A stretch of DNA of 64,000 nt from Candidatus Zambryskibacteria bacterium RIFCSPLOWO2_01_FULL_39_39 (GTDB lineage Bacteria > Patescibacteriota > Minisyncoccia > Phycocordibacterales > WO2-35-19): contig MHWB01000009.1 in assembly GCA_001823925.1 (NCBI GenBank), forward strand, positions 25,086-89,085. Reading direction: 5' to 3'. The notes under the pieces are model-generated. The model saw nothing but the letters and a program-made list of their open reading frames with translations, was not told the DNA's origin and made no database searches. Below are positions 56,332-64,000 of the stretch, one piece after another (positions within the stretch are counted from its first letter, which is position 1; each line of letters begins with the position of its first letter). A program made the position numbers and the translations under genes.

Positions 56332-56631
56332 GTGAGAGAGATGTTTTTGTTAGTCCTTTTCGTCATCACTCAGATAATAGACTGTGTCACTACATACATA
56401 GGGATAGTATATCTCGGAGGAGTTGAAGCCGTATTCATTACAAAGATACTGATGTCTATGTTTGGATTGATTGGAGGTTTGGCTATCACAAAAATTATGA
56501 TTGCATATGTCTATTACTATGGACACAAAAAGCGATCATTATATTTGAGATGTGGAATCATAGTGATATTTTCCATAGTATCGATCTGGAATTTCTATCA
56601 GATTAACAAAATAGTGCCTATCTTTGGATGA
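56332..56631 (+). CDS. small 3-TM membrane protein (DUF5658-like)
   Basis: 99 aa; the DUF5658 assignment is tentative. Confidence 0.35.
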   Translation: MREMFLLVLFVITQIIDCVTTYIGIVYLGGVEAVFITKILMSMFGLIGGLAITKIMIAYVYYYGHKKRSLYLRCGIIVIFSIVSIWNFYQINKIVPIFG

Positions 56632-57361
56632 GCACTATTTTTTATACCCTGCTCAAGAAGTCAGATTATTTGTCGATCGATATAAAAATAAAAAAGCATT
56701 TTATGATAGGATATATAGGGTGAAATATTTTATTTTTTCTTTACCGAAGAATATTTTTAACAGCTTTAGGGGTAGAAATTTTAGTTTACATTTGCTTGCT
56801 TGGGTCCTCACCGCTGTATTAGTCATCTCTGGATTTGATTGGTACTACTTCTCTTCTACCAGAGCTTACTCTTTCAACAACTTATTTTTTCCCGCCATTA
56901 TTGTGGGTGGTATATTGCCGATAATTGGTCCACTTTTGATACTTCTAATTGGTCGACTTAGGAGAGATAAAAAAATAGAAATGCTTGCTTGGGTGCTTGG
57001 TCAAGCGGCGCTTGTGGGCTATCTTATCTCTTCTTCTTATAAAGCTCTTACTGGGCGTATCCCTCCACCTCACACAATAGTCGTGGATATAAGCAATCAA
57101 TTTAATTTTGGTTTTTTTAAAGAAGGAATTTTTTGGGGCTGGCCGTCATCTCACACTACTGTAGCTTTCGCTATGGCGTTTGCACTCATCACTCTCTACC
57201 CGAAAAATAAAATTGTGAGATTTCTCTCTTTTGTTTACGCGCTATATATAGGCATTGGCGTCTCTTTTGATATTCACTGGTTTTCAGAGTTTATAGCGGG
57301 AGCAATCATTGGGGCAGTTATCGGCATTGTAGTTGGTAAAAGTTTTAGTCAAAAAACTTGA
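56624..57361 (+). CDS. PAP2-family membrane phosphatase
   Basis: 245 aa with KALTGRIPPP and GWPSSHTTVAFAMAFAL (PSGH-like) motifs. Confidence 0.55.
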   Translation: MDEHYFLYPAQEVRLFVDRYKNKKAFYDRIYRVKYFIFSLPKNIFNSFRGRNFSLHLLAWVLTAVLVISGFDWYYFSSTRAYSFNNLFFPAIIVGGILPIIGPLLILLIGRLRRDKKIEMLAWVLGQAALVGYLISSSYKALTGRIPPPHTIVVDISNQFNFGFFKEGIFWGWPSSHTTVAFAMAFALITLYPKNKIVRFLSFVYALYIGIGVSFDIHWFSEFIAGAIIGAVIGIVVGKSFSQKT

Positions 57362-57567
57362 GTTTGTAATTTAAATATTGAGGAGTATGCTGAATACAGA
57401 ATAGGAGGTCTTTACGACATCAAGAAACAAGAAGTCCAACAGTTTTAAGGGTGGGCCAAGCAACCAGACAAGACATCATCGCAGACCGGTTAGTCTTGGT
57501 GGTGAAAGCATAAGGAAAAATATTTCTTACGTTCCTCATTTTAAGCATAAGGCTTGGCATATACTAT

Positions 57568-57849
57568 TTGATAACTTTAATGTACTTAAAATACTTGGGT
57601 TGTTTCAGGAGTACTACGATGTCTTTTGTGTGGATAAGGGAAAGTCTGCTTCAAGGTTGCGACGCGACAAAGAATGGATTCAGGCAAAGCCATATAGGAT
57701 CAGAAAACAACAAGCTTGGAGTATTCTCTTTCGTGGTCTCTCTGGAGCAGATCGTTTCCTATATTAATGAAATATGGCTTGATCCTGATTATGAGTTGGT
57801 AATTGTGCCTGACAAGTGTCAAAGGATCACGATCGGATCAAAAAAGTAG
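57568..57849 (+). CDS. hypothetical protein
   Basis: 93-aa ORF with no recognisable motif. Confidence 0.25.
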   Translation: MITLMYLKYLGCFRSTTMSFVWIRESLLQGCDATKNGFRQSHIGSENNKLGVFSFVVSLEQIVSYINEIWLDPDYELVIVPDKCQRITIGSKK

Positions 57850-57896
57850 TGCGCAGAATATTTGGAGAAGTGTGGAAAGACCATCTTCTCCTCTTT

Positions 57897-58673
57897 TTAT
57901 TTCAAATTTTTTAAATATGCCAGAGCACCGTAGAGACCGCCAAAATCTCCGAGCTCAACTTTTCTAATAGTCGGAATTTCAGGGAAGATTTTGAGAATCT
58001 CTCTGAGATACCTTTCTGTTTTATCTAGAGGGATAGCGGGGTCACCGGTAATCATTGAGCCACCCAAGACTACACAATTTGGTGACCATTCTACAATTAT
58101 ATTATTTAAACCGACAGCCAACATTTTTGCGTGTTCGTCCCAGACATTTTCGTCGTGTATTTCTTTTGGGTTCTTACCCGTCCGCTCTTTCAAAGCTTTG
58201 CCAGAGATCATTTCTTCCAAAGTTTTTTTGCTATTCATATCTATAATTTGATTTCCCGGTTCAAAGCCAATCGCTTTCTCATCTATTTTGCTATTTACAA
58301 TTCTAGCACCTCCAACACCGGTGGAAACGGTGATGTAGGCTACTATATTGAAACCCTTGCCCGCTCCCCAACTAGCCTCACCAAGCCCTACCATTGCGGC
58401 ATCATTTTCTATGAAGATATCTGCCCCAAAAGCTTTTTGGAGATCGTCTTTAAATTTTCCTTCAGTCCATCCGGAGATACTGCGACTCATGCCACCGATT
58501 ATTTTTTTGATTTCTCTGCCACTCCTTAGTTTGTTTACTTTTTCGCTAAATAATTTAAAACCATCTTCATAATTTTTTGGGGTTTCAAAAACTTCAGGGG
58601 TTTCAAAGATTTCCCCATTTATTGAATAGGCCATTCTTGTTTTTGTCGCTCCAATGTCAAATAAGATATACAT
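57897..58673 (-). CDS. ROK-family sugar kinase (glucokinase-like)
   Basis: 258 aa with ILFDIGATKTR, ENDAAMVGLGE and VSTGVGGARIV. Confidence 0.6.
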   Translation of the reverse strand: MYILFDIGATKTRMAYSINGEIFETPEVFETPKNYEDGFKLFSEKVNKLRSGREIKKIIGGMSRSISGWTEGKFKDDLQKAFGADIFIENDAAMVGLGEASWGAGKGFNIVAYITVSTGVGGARIVNSKIDEKAIGFEPGNQIIDMNSKKTLEEMISGKALKERTGKNPKEIHDENVWDEHAKMLAVGLNNIIVEWSPNCVVLGGSMITGDPAIPLDKTERYLREILKIFPEIPTIRKVELGDFGGLYGALAYLKNLK

Positions 58674-58681
58674 AATTTTTT

Positions 58682-59677
58682 TTAAATTAATTTTTCTTTG
58701 TATTCCTCTACTCTTGGTTGATCATAAGGGTTTATTTGGAGCATTTCTGCCAGAGAAAGTGTGACTTCTATCATAAGGGCCATAAATTTACCCAACTCTC
58801 TTTCATTTATTTCAGGCATCTCATATTTTTCAAACGGTAGTGTCGCCTCTTCGTATGCTCGTACAGTCTTTTCATAAGTTGATTCATTTATACTATTGCC
58901 AATTTCTTTAAGCGACATTAGAAATATTGTAAACCTATTTTTGGGGCCACCCAAATAAAGCTCTAACATCGAATGCAAGTCGGTGGGACCTATGGATACG
59001 GTAGGAGTCAACGTAGAGAGACTTTCGGCGATGAGTTGCCTACACCATTTTCCCAAATCTTCAAGCTCTGAATTGAAAATAAAAAAATCCAATATCTCTA
59101 CTCCTTTTTTATAATTATCAAAAATATTTTTAGCTAAAATAAGCGACTTATTGTTTACAGTCTCATCTTCGCATTCTTTCGCCATTTCTTTGCCACCTTC
59201 CACAAAAGCATTGGCGTCTAGCCCAGCAATAGAAAGGATGGTGATATGGGGGGTAGTAAAAGCGCTAAAACGGCCACCGGTTTCCCCTTCCCAAGGTAAT
59301 TTTTCTATCCCCTTTTCTTCGGCCAGGTTCCAAAGTTGAGAGTTTTTGGAGGAGATAACTACTACTCTTTCATTTGTGGATGCTCCGAACTTTTCAGATA
59401 AAATATCAAATGTTTTGCGGAAAGACTCCAATGTCTCCATGGTTTTGCCTGATTTGCTCACAGCGATTAAGATAACATCTTCTAAATTTGCTATTTCTGT
59501 TTGAACAAGATTTTTTAGCTTGTCGTATTCGTTTACATCTGGGGATTCTAGGAAAAATATTTTTTTCTCTACATCTTTTTTGTGTAAGGTTAAGGCATTC
59601 CAAACCGCTTTTGAGGCCAAGTCAGAGCCTCCTATGCCGACTACAAAAATAAACTTAGAGTTTTGATACTTTTCCAT
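58682..59677 (-). CDS. pgi: glucose-6-phosphate isomerase (short PGI/PMI type)
   Basis: 331 aa with FVVGIGGSDLASKAVW and two SIS-like domains. Confidence 0.6.
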   Translation of the reverse strand: MEKYQNSKFIFVVGIGGSDLASKAVWNALTLHKKDVEKKIFFLESPDVNEYDKLKNLVQTEIANLEDVILIAVSKSGKTMETLESFRKTFDILSEKFGASTNERVVVISSKNSQLWNLAEEKGIEKLPWEGETGGRFSAFTTPHITILSIAGLDANAFVEGGKEMAKECEDETVNNKSLILAKNIFDNYKKGVEILDFFIFNSELEDLGKWCRQLIAESLSTLTPTVSIGPTDLHSMLELYLGGPKNRFTIFLMSLKEIGNSINESTYEKTVRAYEEATLPFEKYEMPEINERELGKFMALMIEVTLSLAEMLQINPYDQPRVEEYKEKLI

Positions 59678-59702
59678 AAAAGAATTATAACATTATAAAT
59701 AA

Positions 59703-59732
59703 AAAACTCCCCGCGACAGTCGCCTGGCGCGG
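59703..59732 (-). terminator. hairpin plus T-run on the minus strand, just upstream of the pgi start
   Basis: CCCGCG-ccaggcgactgt-CGCGGG on the minus strand followed by GAGTTTTTTATTT. It ends a roughly 330-nt GC-rich segment (59700-60040). Confidence 0.4.
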
Positions 59733-60345
59733 GAAGCCGGTCCATAACCGGTAAAAGACCCCTGAAGCATGAAAGCGAATTACTGCAACTTCGGGCTACC
59801 TCCGTTTTTCGTTTGGGCCGGTTGGGCCTTCTTCGCGATAGGTGGAGCGAGAGGTGGACGTAGGTCGGGTGACCTTTCTGCATAACAGGATGGTGGTCCT
59901 GGTCGCAAGCCCCAAGCACTTGGGGGTGTCCACATTTGGCTCTTTGTGGGAACCTTCATTGATTTCTCCTTGTTCATTTTACCTCGGGGGAGGTTTGTAC
60001 AACTTTTAATTTTATACACCCTATTTAAAAATAAAGCAAGCAAAAGGCCACTGTGGAAAACTCACACAGCGGCCAAATCTGACCCCTATTCCCACCAAGC
60101 TAACAGTAGATAACCGCTTTCTCCTGCGGATGTTGTAGTCTCCTTTTGGTAAGAGACCACTTTCTCCTACTTTTTCGATGGCTTCTTCCTTCGCTGTGAG
60201 CCATTTTTGGACAGGCTCTCTTAGTCTTCGGAAGTATTCGAGTTCGAACCATCTGATTGTTGCTCCAATTCTGGTGGTATAACTGCTTCTAGAAAAATAC
60301 TATATTACTAAAAAGAAAAGTCAAGCGAGCAAAAACTGTGGATAT

Positions 60346-60864
60346 TTAATTATTTAATTCTGAAAATTTTACCCAAGTCGGAGGCTCAAAAATAGTGTTG
60401 TCTACTTCTGGCCAAATTTCACATTTGTATGACATTTCATCTTTGGTGCCTATGATTTGAGCTTGTTCTTGAGGGGAAGCATTTCTAGAAGCACTTTTTG
60501 CCACAGAAGATTTGTAGCCTATATTTTGTAGACTCGTCCAAATAAAAGCTTCCTCATCTTTTATTATTAGAAAGCTATTAAATTCTTTTGCTTCGGAAGC
60601 ATCAGTCCTTATCCTAAATTCTTCATAAATTTTTGATCCATCGGTATGTACCACTCCGGCGATTTTAGAGATACCGTCTGATTTTTCAAAAGTACAGATG
60701 TAGGGCTTGCCCAATTTCATAATGCTTTCAATCGTATAGTTACCGTTTATTTTGCCGTCCTCCGCTACTATCGGAGTTGCTGACTTACTCCCGTAAACAT
60801 AAACAAGTATGCCTACAACTACTACCGCTATTACCCCTAGCCAAAATGTTATTTTATTTTTCAT
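60346..60864 (-). CDS. exported hypothetical protein
   Basis: 172 aa with an N-terminal TM or signal anchor. Confidence 0.4.
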   Translation of the reverse strand: MKNKITFWLGVIAVVVVGILVYVYGSKSATPIVAEDGKINGNYTIESIMKLGKPYICTFEKSDGISKIAGVVHTDGSKIYEEFRIRTDASEAKEFNSFLIIKDEEAFIWTSLQNIGYKSSVAKSASRNASPQEQAQIIGTKDEMSYKCEIWPEVDNTIFEPPTWVKFSELNN

Positions 60865-60893
60865 TTAACAATTTTATCATTATTTTTGGTTTT

Positions 60894-61499
60894 CTACCAC
60901 TCCTTTATAGCGGCTCCCCTCACTTCTATTTTACCAGCAGGCCTTATGAATTTTATATTTTTTTTAGGTATGAAATTTATATGTGGCGATTTATCAAGTG
61001 CTTCGGCTATTTTATCCAAATCCTCAGCCTCTGTTATCCACGAAGTCCCAAATTTTTTCCAAATATCAAATGGTTTTGAGAAAGATGATAAAGTTTTTTC
61101 TCCCGAGTCCAAAAAATATTCATGAAAGAAAGACATCGCCAGTTCGCGAACATTTTTATAAATCGGATCGCGAAAACGCAGTACAGAATGGTTGGTCTTA
61201 CTTATCGCTCCCCAAAACCCATTGATCTTGAAAATACAGAGAGTGTGGTCGCTGTCTTTTTTTAAATCTTTAACTTTTAAATCCAAAAGATAGTTTTCTA
61301 TTTTGTGGCGTTGTAAACAAAAGCAGGCAAAAATAGCCCCCTCAAAACAATGGGCTTTTTTGTTTTGGAACATTTTTGAAGGTGACATATAAGTCTCCCT
61401 CCCTTCTTCAAAATTGAAAGGTATTTTGTCCAAAAAATCTTGCACTTTTTTGGGAGTGTTTAGTTTTTTTATCAGAGAGGTTATCTGGTCTTTTGTCAT
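60894..61499 (-). CDS. hypothetical protein, possibly a papain/transglutaminase-like Cys-His fold
   Basis: 201 aa with KAHCFEGAIFACFCL ... DHTLCIFK ... GFWGAI. Confidence 0.35.
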   Translation of the reverse strand: MTKDQITSLIKKLNTPKKVQDFLDKIPFNFEEGRETYMSPSKMFQNKKAHCFEGAIFACFCLQRHKIENYLLDLKVKDLKKDSDHTLCIFKINGFWGAISKTNHSVLRFRDPIYKNVRELAMSFFHEYFLDSGEKTLSSFSKPFDIWKKFGTSWITEAEDLDKIAEALDKSPHINFIPKKNIKFIRPAGKIEVRGAAIKEW

Positions 61500-61542
61500 T
61501 TTTTAATTATACTATAATCATCATCCAATCTATGTTTTATCT

Positions 61543-62595
61543 ATGTTTTATCAAAAAGTTTTAAAACCCATACTTTTTAAGTTTGATCCAGAAAAAGTGC
61601 ATAATCTAATTGTTTTTTTAGGTCCTTTTTTGGGAAAAAGTTTTGTCCTAAGAAAATTAGTTGCCCTTTTTTATAAATACAAAGGCAGAGATATTTCAAA
61701 AACGATTGACGGTTTAACCTATCGGACCCCCTTTATACTTTCGGCCGGTTTTGATTACAACGGTAAGCTCTTAAACATTTTGCCAGAAATATCTTTTGGA
61801 GGTGTGGAGGTAGGTTCTATTACCGCCAGAGCTTGTCTGGGAAACAAAAAACCTCGTTTGACTCGGCTTCCAAAATCACAGAGTATTATCGTCAATAAGG
61901 GACTGTGTAATGATGGAGTGGATGAAATTATCAAGCGACTTAAAAATTATAAAAGGAGAAATGATTTTGTAATCGGCATTTCTATTGCTCGAACCAATGA
62001 TGAAAAAGCCTCGGCAGTAGAAGAGGGCGTTCTAGACTATTTTTATAGTTTTAAGAGATTAAACGAAGAAGATGTTGGCGACTATTATACTCTAAATATT
62101 TCTTGCCCGAATTCTTTTACTGGAGGAACTTTCACTAATCCAGCGTTACTTTCGCTATTGCTTTCGAAAATTTCTTCTATCAAATGTCACAAACCGATTT
62201 ATATAAAAATGCCTATAAATTTGGAGTGGCCAGAGTTTGATAACTTGCTCAAAATAATAGAAAAATTTGAAAATATCAAAGGAGTAGTTATAGGGAATTT
62301 AAACAAAGATTATAATTCCTTAGATTTTAAAATAGAAGTACCAAAAAAATTTGGGGGTGGTTTAAGTGGCAAGCCGTGTTTTGAAATTTCAAACGAATTA
62401 ATCAAAAAAACCAAGGTTACTTATGGTAATAGGTTTACTATTATTGGTTGTGGTGGAGTGTTCTCTTCCAAAGATATGATTTCAAAATTTGAGGCTGGAT
62501 CGGACTTGGTGGCTTTAATAACCGGTATGATTTATAATGGACCGGGGCTTATAAAAGAGCTTTCAAATCATTATGCAACCTCACATGAATACTAA
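61543..62595 (+). CDS. pyrD: dihydroorotate dehydrogenase
   Basis: 350 aa with TIM-barrel DHODH motifs (GGVEVGSIT, IIGCGGVFSSKD). Confidence 0.7.
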   Translation: MFYQKVLKPILFKFDPEKVHNLIVFLGPFLGKSFVLRKLVALFYKYKGRDISKTIDGLTYRTPFILSAGFDYNGKLLNILPEISFGGVEVGSITARACLGNKKPRLTRLPKSQSIIVNKGLCNDGVDEIIKRLKNYKRRNDFVIGISIARTNDEKASAVEEGVLDYFYSFKRLNEEDVGDYYTLNISCPNSFTGGTFTNPALLSLLLSKISSIKCHKPIYIKMPINLEWPEFDNLLKIIEKFENIKGVVIGNLNKDYNSLDFKIEVPKKFGGGLSGKPCFEISNELIKKTKVTYGNRFTIIGCGGVFSSKDMISKFEAGSDLVALITGMIYNGPGLIKELSNHYATSHEY

Positions 62596-63334
62596 AAAAG
62601 CATTGTTAATTATAGTTTTAGTGATAATAGCGGGTGCTTTAACCTTCTTTATTTCTAAGTCTAGAAGCAATTATTCCCAAACGGCAACTTCTACTCCAAA
62701 AGTGGAGGAGGGCGGTTTACATACTGGTATCCAAATCAAACCAGAACTGCCGGGGCAAACTCTGCCCTTCTCCAATGATCCCAAAGATTTGGCTTGGGCT
62801 GTTTTCCAAAAATATTTGGGGTATAACAAAGACCAAAATTTGGAAGGTGTGAGGGGTGTTGTTTATAAAGTAGCTTCTGTTTGCGAAGATCCCAAAACCA
62901 CTATTGATTGCAAGGCGAGAATGAATCTAGCTTGGGAATACGGCAATGTTTTAAAAAAGGAAGATTTTGTAAATGTCTGGGAAGATAGCAAACAAATTAT
63001 TTTAGCAACTGATTTTAAAACAAGAGAAGATGATAGTATTATTGGTCGCGATAGATCCATCATATTTTTTGTGAGAGATGAAAATAAAAACTTAAAAATG
63101 TTGAGCTTTAGCCCTTTTAAAGGTGTTATTGTAAACAAGGGCACTGCGTCCCAAGAAGAATTAAATGATAGGATTGTTCGTTATACGGAAGATAAAGATA
63201 AGGACGGTATAGCGGATTATGATGAAGAATGTCTAGCGGTCAAAGAAGGGCAAACTTGCACCCAAACAAATCCAAAAATCCGCGATACTGATGGTGACGG
63301 TCTCTGGGATGGTATAGAAGCGTTGATTCAATAG
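62585..63334 (+). CDS. membrane-anchored protein with C-terminal thrombospondin-type-3-like Ca-binding repeats
   Basis: N-terminal TM segment and C-terminal DKDKDGIADYDEE...DTDGDGLWDG. The start is uncertain (62573 or 62585). Confidence 0.45.
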   Translation: MNTKKALLIIVLVIIAGALTFFISKSRSNYSQTATSTPKVEEGGLHTGIQIKPELPGQTLPFSNDPKDLAWAVFQKYLGYNKDQNLEGVRGVVYKVASVCEDPKTTIDCKARMNLAWEYGNVLKKEDFVNVWEDSKQIILATDFKTREDDSIIGRDRSIIFFVRDENKNLKMLSFSPFKGVIVNKGTASQEELNDRIVRYTEDKDKDGIADYDEECLAVKEGQTCTQTNPKIRDTDGDGLWDGIEALIQ

Positions 63335-63377
63335 TTTACAAATTAATTTATAGTTGCTATTAATTTCGTTTCAAACA

Positions 63378-63411
63378 CTTAACAAATTAAACGATCGTTT
63401 AATTTGTTAAG
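63378..63411. repeat. perfect 34-bp palindrome (17+17), putative operator copy A
   Basis: CTTAACAAATTAAACGA|TCGTTTAATTTGTTAAG. Confidence 0.7.
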
Positions 63412-63429
63412 TAGCGAAATTTGGAATAC

Positions 63430-63927
63430 TTATCTTTTGCTAATTTGATAAGGTTTTGCCAATTTGAATGTTTTTATGTAAGTATACAAATCCATCTCTT
63501 TTAAATGAGCACCAAATTTTTTAGGTAAAGGGCTTGGGCCGACCCAAACACTTTTTTGAATCATAGAATATTGAAATTCTCGGAGATGCCATCTGAGCCA
63601 ATTTCTCTCAGCTTTTCTTGATTCGGGGATATCAAACATAAGTAAAAGATTTTTTGGAGCGTTGAGAATAAATGGTGAATGGAATTTTAGCGATAATTTT
63701 CTTTTATTTTCACAATATTCCTTACCTTCTTTGGTGAGAATCCATTTCCCCGATTTTATTTCTACCAGTCCATTTTTTCGTAATCTAGACATGGTACTAT
63801 GAAAGGAATTTTTATTGTGCTCAAATGGTTTTGGTATCCCAAGTAAATTTACTCGCATTCCTTTATAACTCAAATGAGTGTTCCAAAGGTCTTCTAGTAT
63901 TTCCATTACAAGACTCATAATATGCAA
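63430..63927 (-). CDS. winged-helix DNA-binding protein with a C-terminal Cas2-like/PaaX_C-like domain (putative regulator)
   Basis: 165 aa with a wHTH (NGLVEIKSGKWILTKEG). The C-terminal LLLMFDIPESRKAERNWLRWHLREFQYSMIQKSVWV resembles the Cas2/PaaX_C fold pattern. Confidence 0.4.
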   Translation of the reverse strand: MHIMSLVMEILEDLWNTHLSYKGMRVNLLGIPKPFEHNKNSFHSTMSRLRKNGLVEIKSGKWILTKEGKEYCENKRKLSLKFHSPFILNAPKNLLLMFDIPESRKAERNWLRWHLREFQYSMIQKSVWVGPSPLPKKFGAHLKEMDLYTYIKTFKLAKPYQISKR

Positions 63928-63946
63928 TTATATCACCTGTCACACA

Positions 63947-63984
63947 GACTTAACAAATTAAACGATCGTTTTATTTGTTAAGTC
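63947..63984. repeat. 38-bp near-perfect palindrome (19+19, one mismatch), putative operator copy B
   Basis: GACTTAACAAATTAAACGA|TCGTTTTATTTGTTAAGTC. It shares the core of copy A. Confidence 0.7.
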
Positions 63985-64000
63985 TGCTAGCTTTAACATT

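Noticed and set aside
59703-60040. RNase P RNA. The plus strand has GACAGUCGCC and GGAAGCCGGUCCAUAA reminiscent of the E. coli M1 RNA 5' region, and the minus strand has GGACCGGCUU resembling the P4 3' strand.
   Set aside because: Neither strand supplies both P4 strands with correct complementarity. The spacing between candidate P4 strands on the minus strand (about 140 nt) is too short to hold the P7-P12 core. The CR-IV-like match is weak. The similarities fall inside a self-complementary terminator hairpin.
60230-60300. tRNA-like or tmRNA T-arm (GAGTTCGAACC … GCTCCA).
   Set aside because: No 5-bp T-stem can be formed around the TTCGAAC loop, and no acceptor-stem complement or GGGG 5' partner is found. 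TTCGAGTTCGAA is a palindromic coding string (FELE) in an open frame.

Overview
This window has an AT-rich backbone typical of a reduced-genome bacterium, with a CPR/Patescibacteria-like gene set. Most housekeeping genes are on the minus strand: scpAB, lysS, trpS, grpE-dnaK-dnaJ, an infA-rpmJ-rpsM-rpsK-rpsD-rpoA-rplQ-rplM-rpsI block, a truncated alaS, mnmA, mltG, leuS, ychF, pgi and pyrD. Several discrete segments are visibly more GC-rich with different codon usage. They carry DUF397, secreted proteins with a shared acidobacterial-type C-terminal domain plus an S8 protease, an NfeD-flotillin operon, a LysM protein and small orphan ORFs. Many of these end in GC-rich hairpins without U-tails, which suggests horizontal acquisition or assembly mosaicism. 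The main hunt results are as follows. (1) leuS carries an in-frame DUF559 (Vsr-like endonuclease fold) insertion bounded by two copies of a 19-bp palindrome. (2) A tight mnmA / ATP-cone-Mrr-like nuclease / Cas4-like PD-(D/E)XK nuclease operon sits next to hicBA and an MGMT gene. (3) A ParB-like / ASCH / NUDIX / RhuM-Fic gene string is present. (4) A 47-bp direct repeat duplicating the speH 3' end flanks a 1.2-kb insertion. (5) A wHTH/Cas2-like regulator gene is flanked by two near-identical 34-38 bp perfect palindromes. (6) Two promoter-to-terminator small-RNA candidates were found. No CRISPR array, tRNA, rRNA, transposase or integrase was recognised. All calls are by eye from motifs and have not been checked against any database.
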